The notes under the pieces: generated by a model
Databases searched by the model: none
Seen by the model: only the letters and a program-made list of their open reading frames with translations
Told to the model about the DNA's origin: nothing
Made by a program: the position numbers and the translations under genes
IMG/VR virus record: IMGVR_UViG_3300027864_000003
DNA length: 64,000 nt
Direction: 5' to 3' (one strand)
Source of the DNA: a virus
Shown: positions 1-7,113 of the stretch, piece by piece
How the letters are laid out: each line of letters starts with the position of its first letter
How positions within the stretch are numbered: the first letter of the stretch is position 1

Positions 1-401
1 TCATGTATAAGATGAAAAGCAAACTCCCATGCAAAAATCTCTTCTTCATTGGAGTATTTAATTGTTTTTAGACTCGCTGCAGTCCCCAGCTTGTTTATAT
101 TTTTTACCAAATGCCCCAGCTCATGAGCCAATATTAACCTGAGTTTTCGTTCATCTATCTGATCACAAGTATTTGCCAAACGAATTTCGCAACATTTATC
201 AAAAAAATAAATTTCTGAATTTGCATTGACTTCAGATTTATACGTAATAACTTGATAATGTTTATGTTGTGTTCTTAATATTGCAAGCTCTATTTCACGT
301 ATCGAATGAGCAAGATAATTACGCTTTTCAACAACCCCTACAATTTTAGCAGCTTCTTCAGGGCCTTTTTCCCCTAAGTTGTGATACTTATCGTGTCCCA
401 T
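1..401 (-). CDS. ImmA/IrrE-family zinc metallopeptidase, partial (3' end runs off the window)
   Basis: Hand translation from ATG at 401: MGHDKYHNLGEKGPEE...LRLILAHELGHLVKN...NEEEIFAWEFAFHLIH. It has the HExxH motif plus a downstream E-x-x-A-x-x-F-A motif. Absent from the ORF track because it has no stop in the window. Confidence 0.8.
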   Translation of the reverse strand, partial: MGHDKYHNLGEKGPEEAAKIVGVVEKRNYLAHSIREIELAILRTQHKHYQVITYKSEVNANSEIYFFDKCCEIRLANTCDQIDERKLRLILAHELGHLVKNINKLGTAASLKTIKYSNEEEIFAWEFAFHLIH

Positions 402-406
402 TATAA

Positions 407-610
407 TTAATTAGCCTTCCAATATCCTAAAAGTGCAGATTCTTCAAGTCCGGCAAGAATCTCTTCGGGGGTCTTTTCATTCTCACCCAACATAGCCCGA
501 ATCTTCATGGTTTTTATGAGTTGATTAATTTTTGCCTCAACAGTTAAAAGATTATTAAATTTGTAAAACTCTTTTAATTCCGTTTTTGTGTTAACTTCTT
601 GTAAAGTCAC
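407..610 (-). CDS. small hypothetical protein upstream of the ImmA-like gene
   Basis: GTG start with GGGGG SD-like sequence; stop lies 5 nt before the ImmA start. Confidence 0.65.
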   Translation of the reverse strand: MTLQEVNTKTELKEFYKFNNLLTVEAKINQLIKTMKIRAMLGENEKTPEEILAGLEESALLGYWKAN

Positions 611-1289
611 GGTTTCCCCCTATGTTTTCTAGCAGGGGGAAAAGAATACAGCAAGACCCACCCACTGATGCTTCAAGGTGCCAAAGACCTTTCTTATCCC
701 CCCTCAGAAAAGCCTTCTTTAATTATGTACGGTTTGGGTCAACTATCAAGTCCCAGTAAACTTCATTTTTTTAAACAATAAACCATCTTATCATTTTTAT
801 AGAAAATGTCAAGCGGTTTTTATAATATGTTTAATATATTCAATATAGTAAATTTTATTGATTAATTCCAGTTCAGTACGGGTGCCTTGTAATCCAGCCA
901 ATAACCTTACTAATAATCTGCAGCCGATTCATATTAAAATTAAAATTATTGACGATAAATACTAGAAAGTTGAAAAAATTATGGAAAAAACAAGTTAAAA
1001 AAATCTGGTACATAATATGTCACAAATTTCACATTTTGCGCAAATTTGGTACGTATACGTTTCTGTATCGTTTTGCGGAGTTATTGTATTAAAAAACAAT
1101 ACAATTACTGGGTTTTTGTATACATTAATAGGGTTATTGTATTCAATTTTGCTACAATAAACCACAAAAAAGAAAAGAAAAGAAAAGAGTATATAATATA
1201 AATGTTTCACATTTATATTATTCTGAAAGGTATTATCTTACATTCCCCAGAATATAAATCTTTCCCCGACCTTGAAACGTCAAAAGGCA

Positions 1290-1544
1290 CTATTCGCCTG
1301 AAGCCTTTTGACGTCTCTTCTCAAAAATTTCCTCTATCTCATTCGCCGCTGTAAGCACGGCGGTCTTCTCCTGTTTATAAATCAATTCTTTAACCTGCAA
1401 TCCCAAAAGAACCATGTCCCCCAGAAAACTGGCGAGAGTCGCCGTTGTCCCCGTTTTCTCGTGAAGCGCGATAACCCTGTCCTTTGTGGCTTTCTTGACC
1501 CTGATGGTCATGGTCTCGTCTTTGTTTTTAAGCGTTTTAGCCAT
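1290..1544 (-). CDS. small ribbon-helix-helix-like DNA-binding protein
   Basis: N-terminal TMTIRVKKATKDRV strand-helix pattern; AAGGAAG SD; TATAAT at 1573-1578 on the minus strand. Confidence 0.6.
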   Translation of the reverse strand: MAKTLKNKDETMTIRVKKATKDRVIALHEKTGTTATLASFLGDMVLLGLQVKELIYKQEKTAVLTAANEIEEIFEKRRQKASGE

Positions 1545-1647
1545 GATTCTTCCTTATGGTTAATTATCGGAAATTATAATTTTTGCTTGATACCGAAAGC
1601 GATTGCGAGCGGAGATTATTTCAAAGCAATTTTTATTTACCGTCAAT

Positions 1648-2682
1648 TTAGGTCTCAGAATCTCTTTTTTTCTTCCTGCTTCCAGCTAATTCTTTCTTTG
1701 TTGCTTCGTGGGCTGCGGTTAGAAATCTATTTATATCTGTTTTTAACATCATATTATTTATTAACAGCGGAATAGAAATTTTATTTTTAATAAAAGACGT
1801 ATTTGCATAAATAGTACAATCCATGCGTTTGAAATTATTAATTTCACTTTCAGTAAAATATTTTTTTAAATCAATGTGGTCTGTATTGTTTTCGTTGTTA
1901 ATTATTCTAGTAAGGTTGTTTTCAAAAACATCAGGATTTTTCTTTATGTAATTCATATTTGTAAAATCAAAAGACTTCGCCATGCGCATTATATCTCTTG
2001 GCAGTAAAGGGACATTAAAACTGTAATAACTCATCAATAATAAATTTTCAGAAAAATTGTATTCGTACTCGTTATTTAACGAATTAATAAACATCGGGAT
2101 GTATTCGCCTTTCCCTTTCCATAATGCTGAAAGTATCAAAGCGTTGCCGGAATAGCCCTGAAAAGAACTGTTTTTATGAACATCTCTTAGTTTCATAATC
2201 ACCTTGAAAGCCGAATCAAAATCACCTTTGAGTAAATGTCTTTCAAGCCCGTAGTATAAAATAAAAACATACCCAATATCAATTTTTGTGTTATACGGAT
2301 CGGTTAGGAGTTTTAGGTATATCCACCTTTGTTCAGGAGTTAGCCCTACATATTGAGGATAATACGGAGGTCTTGGAATAAGTTGTTCATCAACGGGCTG
2401 CTTAACTGGCATATTTATAAAAATCAGGCTCGGCTCAACATCATGTCCGATAGAGAATGAAATTCTTATTTTTCCATTTCCTACTGAATAACAGTTTCCT
2501 TCGGAGTCCATTTCTTCTCTTGTAAGGTTTTTATAGGGACCATCACCGAACCATAATAAATACTTAATATCATCATGGATTTTAAATTTATCAATGTAAG
2601 TGTCAGGCAATTGAGGTTTTACAGCGATATCCTTTATTTCACTTTCTGGCTTTTTTGTTTTAAAAGCGTCAAATAATCCCAT
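1648..2682 (-). CDS. TerB N-terminal domain-like protein (prophage immunity region)
   Basis: PYYPQYVGLTPEQRWIYLKLL...YVFILYYGLERHLL resembles the TerB_N family; AAGGAG SD. Confidence 0.65.
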   Translation of the reverse strand: MGLFDAFKTKKPESEIKDIAVKPQLPDTYIDKFKIHDDIKYLLWFGDGPYKNLTREEMDSEGNCYSVGNGKIRISFSIGHDVEPSLIFINMPVKQPVDEQLIPRPPYYPQYVGLTPEQRWIYLKLLTDPYNTKIDIGYVFILYYGLERHLLKGDFDSAFKVIMKLRDVHKNSSFQGYSGNALILSALWKGKGEYIPMFINSLNNEYEYNFSENLLLMSYYSFNVPLLPRDIMRMAKSFDFTNMNYIKKNPDVFENNLTRIINNENNTDHIDLKKYFTESEINNFKRMDCTIYANTSFIKNKISIPLLINNMMLKTDINRFLTAAHEATKKELAGSRKKKRDSET

Positions 2683-2736
2683 TTAATTCTCCTTATTTAA
2701 TGACTTTCAAAAATTAAAAAATTTTTACATAAACAC

Positions 2737-2790
2737 TTGACAATGTAAGCGATTGTAAGTTATTTTATTTGTGAGCGATTGCGAGCGATT
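2737..2790 (+). promoter_or_regulatory. putative sigma70 promoter with AGCGATT operator repeats
   Basis: TTGACA 2737-2742, TATTTT 2761-2766; AGCGATT at 2748, 2774 and 2784. Confidence 0.45.
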
Positions 2791-3026
2791 TATCTTTTAT
2801 CTCCTTTGCGGGATTTACGAGGCTTTTTAGGAGCTTCGGAAGATTGTTGCTTTACAGGGCGCCCTATTTTTGATTCCAAGAGTTTTTTTAAGGCTTCTTC
2901 GGGATACAAGAGTTCTTTAATTATGGGTTCGTATGGGTGTCGAGATAACCACATCTCTACTGCACTTCGTGATTTTTTTGATTTTTCCATCATTTCTGTG
3001 ACGGTTACACCTGTAATTGTGGTCAT
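2790..3026 (-). CDS. small HTH DNA-binding protein with basic tail (likely start 3026, not 3170)
   Basis: MTTITGVTVTEMMEKSKKSRSAVEMWLSRH HTH pattern, followed by GRP and a Lys/Arg-rich tail. Confidence 0.6.
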   Translation of the reverse strand: MTTITGVTVTEMMEKSKKSRSAVEMWLSRHPYEPIIKELLYPEEALKKLLESKIGRPVKQQSSEAPKKPRKSRKGDKR

Positions 3027-3310
3027 ATTGAGATTTTCGGAAAAAATAAAAAAAAAGTTAGTTTTTCTGACTTTTATGTTGACAATTATTTTAATGTTAG
3101 TTAGACTAACATATAAGGGAGCCAAAAGTTCCCCCGCCGTCTGGTGTACATGGTTCTCCCAAAGCTCCATCGAACAGACGGCTAATTAGGAAATAAGTCT
3201 TGTGTGCGCAGGACGAGAAAGCGATCAAATTTTTTAGGTTGGTTGACGGCGCACACCGTTGACCGTTATAGCCTGAAGAGTTTGATCGTTTTTTTTTTGC
3301 GGAGGAGTTT

Positions 3311-3553
3311 ATGGGAACGAAAAAAGTTATGCCGTCTACAAGCCCAGTACGAGGGGTGCTGATAACCCTTGAGGTAGCGGAGCAAAAAACAGGCATGAGT
3401 AAGGCGTGGTTTTACCTGCGAATGAGGACAGGCACTTTACCATTTCCTTGGTTCATGCCATCCGCCGGCAAACGTCTCGTTGACTCCGCAGATGTAGATG
3501 ATTGGCTTGAGTCAATCAAAGTTCCTACTGGGGGTGTGCCAATGAAAAAGTAG
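3311..3553 (+). CDS. AlpA/excisionase-like HTH protein
   Basis: ITLEVAEQKTGMSKAWFYLRMRTGTLP...RLVDSADVDDWL; GGAGGAG SD. Confidence 0.75.
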   Translation: MGTKKVMPSTSPVRGVLITLEVAEQKTGMSKAWFYLRMRTGTLPFPWFMPSAGKRLVDSADVDDWLESIKVPTGGVPMKK

Positions 3554-3643
3554 CAAATGATTATTGCCGTAAAAAGCGGGGGGCTTGGATTTGATATTTC
3601 CTATTCGCCCCCGCAACAAAAAAAACAAATCATGGGGGAATAG

Positions 3644-3769
3644 TGAGCGGTAAAGACAATTGGATATATCTTAGGTATTTAATAGACAGTTACCGGGATA
3701 AAAAAATATCGAAATACAAATTTATGTACGAATGGCATTGTGTTCAACTGGCAATGAGGCTTCGTTAAT
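3644..3769 (+). CDS. 41-aa hypothetical protein (GTG start), coupled to rusA
   Basis: Hand translation MSGKDNWIYLRYLIDSYRDKKISKYKFMYEWHCVQLAMRLR; TAATG overlap with the rusA start. Confidence 0.45.
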
Positions 3770-4157
3770 GAAAACACAGTATCAGTTATTTATTGAAGGC
3801 ATACCCAAAGCGCAGCCGCGCCCGCGCCTTGCGAATAACGGTAAAGTTTTTAATCCGCATTCTGCTGACGCATGGAAACACCAAATAATAGCGGCTTTCC
3901 TTGACTGTCGGCGCGAAACAATTACAACACCTGTTAGATTGAATATTCAATTTTACTTTCCAGCCCCTAAAGAAATGGAAATAACAGAAGATGTTCCGCA
4001 TGACAAAAAACCAGATACAGATAATTTAGAAAAAGCTGTTATGGATGCAATAACCAATGCTGGTATTTGGAAAGATGATGCCCAGGTATACGACTCGCAT
4101 TCAATCAAAATGTATACCCGCGGTAAAACCGGAGCGCGAATAAAAATCGAAGCGTAA
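3768..4157 (+). CDS. rusA: RusA-family Holliday junction resolvase
   Basis: IEGIPKAQPRPR...KKPDTDNLEKAVMDAITNAGIWKDDAQV motifs. Confidence 0.9.
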   Translation: MKTQYQLFIEGIPKAQPRPRLANNGKVFNPHSADAWKHQIIAAFLDCRRETITTPVRLNIQFYFPAPKEMEITEDVPHDKKPDTDNLEKAVMDAITNAGIWKDDAQVYDSHSIKMYTRGKTGARIKIEA

Positions 4158-4175
4158 TGCTTCAAGGAGGAAATT

Positions 4176-4826
4176 ATTAAGACCGTACAGAATAAAGAAC
4201 CAGCTGTCGAAAATGTTCAGCCCGTTATCGATGAAAAAATTGTTGACACTGTATTTGATATTTTCAGTACAGTAACAAAACTTAACGCCCTGCAGGATTG
4301 CTTTGAAGATTTGGGAAATCGCCTTATCGCGGATCTGAAAGCCAATTCTTTCATGCAGTTTGATCTTGAATTGAAAGAAGATCAAAAAGAACAGCTCCGC
4401 AAGGCGATCAAAATTAAAGGCAATGAAGTTGTCAGGGATTATCTTGCAAAGGTTAATTCCGATGAACGCACCAAAGAAATTTACGATATTGTCCGCGAGA
4501 AAACAACCGCTATTTCAGATACAGTTCTTGCCGCTATCGGCGCGGAAATAAATCGCGGCGCCATAATCAACGCTATTGCGGTTCAAGCGAACGCAAAGAG
4601 CGAAGAATATGACGAAATTCTTCTGCGTAAAACAAAAACATCCGGAGACATAACAATCCCGACAAACTGTATTCTCCTCTCCACAAATTGCGTATCTGTT
4701 GTTAAAGCATCATGCCAGACAGAAAAGGAAGATGAAAAGAAAAAAACAACAGAGAAAAAACTCGTTAAGAAAACGAAAACGGAAAGAGTCGCGGCGGATA
4801 AACCTGTGAGGAGACCAAAGAAATGA
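4176..4826 (+). CDS. hypothetical protein, probable non-canonical ATT start
   Basis: Frame is open from 4158; AAGGAGG at 4164-4170 precedes ATT at 4176; first canonical start is TTG at 4311. Confidence 0.6.
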   Translation: MKTVQNKEPAVENVQPVIDEKIVDTVFDIFSTVTKLNALQDCFEDLGNRLIADLKANSFMQFDLELKEDQKEQLRKAIKIKGNEVVRDYLAKVNSDERTKEIYDIVREKTTAISDTVLAAIGAEINRGAIINAIAVQANAKSEEYDEILLRKTKTSGDITIPTNCILLSTNCVSVVKASCQTEKEDEKKKTTEKKLVKKTKTERVAADKPVRRPKK

Positions 4827-5068
4827 AAAAGAAAAACAATAAAACTCCGGGTGAAATGCTGCTTGAACAAATCCAAAAAAAAAACACAAACATTAACGCC
4901 GTATCGAAAGAAATTGGTGTCAGCCAAACGGCGCTTCGTTTGGTTTCTCTTGACGAAGCCAGGATAACAACACCAATTGCGGTGAAGCTTTCCGAATATT
5001 TCAAGGTACCAGCAAGGAACTGGTTAACAGTGCAGATGGAATACGATCTGTCTTTTTATGATTTGTAA
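4823..5068 (+). CDS. HigA-like XRE HTH protein
   Basis: TPGEMLLEQI...VSKEIGVSQTAL...ARITTPIAVKLSEYFKVPARNWLTVQMEYDL matches the HigA antitoxin pattern. Confidence 0.8.
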   Translation: MKKKNNKTPGEMLLEQIQKKNTNINAVSKEIGVSQTALRLVSLDEARITTPIAVKLSEYFKVPARNWLTVQMEYDLSFYDL

Positions 5069-5075
5069 AATTTGC

Positions 5076-5147
5076 GGCAGGGTGAAGCAACGGCGGCTTA
5101 TGTGGCTCATCACCACAATGTCAGAGGTTCAAACCCTCTGCCTGCCC
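5076..5147 (+). tRNA. tRNA-Met(CAT), atypical
   Basis: Cloverleaf: GGCAGGG/GCCTGCC acceptor (7:66 mismatch), AAGC/GCTT D stem, TGTGG-CTCATCA-CCACA anticodon arm, AGAGG-TTCAAAC-CCTCT T arm. Confidence 0.8.
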
Positions 5148-5164
5148 GAATGCCATTAACAAAA

Positions 5165-5360
5165 GTGGCGGACAAAGAGTGCCGTCTGTCTCGCTGGTGA
5201 GAGTAACCAGCTCGCTTCTGGTGTAGGCGTGAAATAAAACCAGATATTTTGCGCGGTATAGAAAATTGCGCTAACGGGTAGCAAACGGTATGCGGTTTGT
5301 CCGGGGTGGCATTAAGCAGCAACCACAGGTAGAACCTGTTTCGGCGGTATGTCTGTGGTG
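5165..5360 (+). ncRNA. GC-rich structured intergenic RNA (five consecutive hairpins) inside the tRNA cluster
   Basis: Stems 5193-5198/5206-5211, 5217-5222/5239-5244, 5251-5256/5266-5271, 5281-5286/5295-5300, 5322-5328/5353-5359; no credible ORF. Confidence 0.5.
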
Positions 5361-5366
5361 ATTTTT

Positions 5367-5491
5367 GGGGATGTCGTATAACGGCAGTATCGATTTCGTG
5401 GAAGTATCGCCCATAAACGCGGATAAAGGCGAAAGGTAAACGATAACGAGGTATCCTCCTCGTGGCGCAGGTTCGACTCCTGCCGTCTCCA
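5367..5491 (+). ncRNA. tRNA/tmRNA-like RNA (125 nt) with G3:U70 pair and expanded anticodon region
   Basis: Acceptor GGGGATG/CGTCTCC-A, D-arm-like GTAT-AACGGCA-GTAT, T arm GCAGG-TTCGACT-CCTGC, extra hairpin ACGAGG/CCTCGT. Confidence 0.65.
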
Positions 5492-5493
5492 TT

Positions 5494-5577
5494 GGGTTAG
5501 TAGTTTAGTGGTAGAACATGGCGGTTTCCTTGAAACCTCCTTTACGCCAGACGGCGGTTCGACTCCGTCCTAATCCA
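5494..5577 (+). ncRNA. tRNA-like RNA (84 nt) with G3:U70 pair and 21-nt anticodon loop
   Basis: Acceptor GGGTTAG/CTAATCC-A, D arm GTTT-AGTGGTA-GAAC, stem TGGCG/CGCCA, T arm GGCGG-TTCGACT-CCGTC. Confidence 0.7.
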
Positions 5578-5602
5578 GTCACTAAATTTATTGGAGGTTG
5601 TT

Positions 5603-6529
5603 ATGTCAAATGTTTTATTTAACAGAGGAATTAAGGCGTTAAATGATGCCGGATTCCAAGTCGTGGGCTGTACTCGTAAGCCGAATTCGAGAGTGTTCAA
5701 GTTCAAGGTAACTCCTGACGGTCCGCCGCCGAAAGAAGAAGATCCGGGCTTGAAAATAATTGCAACGATTTTTGAAAAATCGCTTGAAGAAACAATCGGA
5801 AAAAGAACCGATAAACCTTGCGAGAAGCAAAGCGAGAACCAGATCGAAAAGCCCATACGCTTTCCAAAAGAAAATTTTAACATCATGCGGTTATTGGGCA
5901 CTAATGATTGGCACTATCATATCGCAAAAATTCAAAACCTTGCAAAAAGCGAAAAAACAGAGCTGTTTGAAATCGGTGATTATACTCTCGTATCTTTTGA
6001 AGTTCCCGCGGCAGAACATAATGGCGTTAAATTCCCTGCGCTTAAAATTGAAAATGCCAAAGTTGTGATTGTTGAAAAAACTTCTAACAGGGTGATTTTC
6101 AATTTTGATGAAATCATTTTCAAAGCGGCGATAAACGCAAAAGACACAAACAAGGGCGGCATCAGCGAAAGCGCATTGTCATCATATCTGAACAATGAAG
6201 TTCTTGAAGCAATGGGAGTAAAAGAATTTCTTGTTTCCGCAAATAACGGTACAAAAATTACATTGCCGACTGCTTATGAGTTATTCGGCGAGACAGAATA
6301 TTGGGAATCAAAATCCAATTTCTTTGAAGAACCGCGTCAGTTTGATTACTTCAAAAACGAAAAAAATCGCGTGAAAACTTTTGAAGATGAAACGCATTGG
6401 TACTGGACATCATCACCTTGCGCTGCGTCCTCCGCTGGCTTTGACAGTGTCTACGCCGACGGAGATGTCAGCAACAACGACAACGCGAGTTCCGTCGGTG
6501 GCGTTGCCCCCGCCTTCTGTGTCGCGTAG
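5603..6529 (+). CDS. DUF6273-like / C-type-lectin-fold protein, candidate DGR target
   Basis: C-terminal LPTAYELFG...WYWTSSP...SVYADGDVSNNDNASSVGGVAPAFCV; GGAGG SD before ATG 5603. Confidence 0.7.
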   Translation: MSNVLFNRGIKALNDAGFQVVGCTRKPNSRVFKFKVTPDGPPPKEEDPGLKIIATIFEKSLEETIGKRTDKPCEKQSENQIEKPIRFPKENFNIMRLLGTNDWHYHIAKIQNLAKSEKTELFEIGDYTLVSFEVPAAEHNGVKFPALKIENAKVVIVEKTSNRVIFNFDEIIFKAAINAKDTNKGGISESALSSYLNNEVLEAMGVKEFLVSANNGTKITLPTAYELFGETEYWESKSNFFEEPRQFDYFKNEKNRVKTFEDETHWYWTSSPCAASSAGFDSVYADGDVSNNDNASSVGGVAPAFCVA

Positions 6530-6566
6530 CGACACCTCTCTAACATCACGTCCCCCTTGTGGGGGG
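6519..6566 (+). other. two GC hairpins at the 3' end of the DUF6273-like gene
   Basis: GTGTCGC-GTA-GCGACAC (6519-6535) and CCCCC-TTGT-GGGGG (6552-6565). Confidence 0.6.
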
Positions 6567-6591
6567 GTATCTAATTTTATGGAGTTTGTGC

Positions 6592-7113
6592 ATGGCTGAT
6601 TTGCCATTAAAAAGAGGAAACAGATTTATTGATGAAACTGGAAACAAGCATGGGCTGTTAACTGTTTTATCTTATTCTCATTTTGATGACAAAAGACATA
6701 TACACTTTTGGAACTGTGAATGCTCATGTGGAAAACAAATTGTGGCAAATGGCGGTACGTTACGAAGCGGAGATACGTCTTCTTGCGGTTGTAAAAAAAT
6801 AAAAGTATTAACAGGTAACAAAAACAGAGTAACTCATGGATTTTCATATAAACGTCTTTATCAAACATGGCATTCAATGAAAAGCAGATGTTATAGAAAA
6901 AAGGATGTTGCTTATAAAAGATATGGGGGAAGAGGAATAACAGTTTGCGAAGAATGGAAGAATTATTTTGAGATATTCAAAGACTGGGCTTTGGAAAATG
7001 GATATAACGACACTCTGACTATTGACCGTATTGATAGCAATGGCAATTACGAACCTTCAAATTGTCGTTGGTTAACTTTGTCTGATAACTCCAAAAAAAG
7101 GAATTTCAGATGA
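6592..7113 (+). CDS. phage HNH endonuclease-like protein
   Basis: WNCECSCG...SCGC N-terminal domain; RGITVCEEW...TIDRIDSNGNYEPSNCRW. Confidence 0.85.
   Translation: MADLPLKRGNRFIDETGNKHGLLTVLSYSHFDDKRHIHFWNCECSCGKQIVANGGTLRSGDTSSCGCKKIKVLTGNKNRVTHGFSYKRLYQTWHSMKSRCYRKKDVAYKRYGGRGITVCEEWKNYFEIFKDWALENGYNDTLTIDRIDSNGNYEPSNCRWLTLSDNSKKRNFR

Noticed and set aside
995-1210. 71-aa ORF with a lipoprotein-like N-terminus
   Set aside because: Hydrophobic stretch derives from an A-rich low-complexity tract; no clear SD
1308-1775. 155-aa plus-strand ORF
   Set aside because: Antisense shadow of two better-supported minus-strand genes
5436-5460. GTA AAC GAT AAC GAG (V-N-D-N-E) resembles the start of a tmRNA tag (ANDN...)
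   Set aside because: No ALAA-type end or nearby stop, no pseudoknots, and the frame runs through the T arm; not called tmRNA
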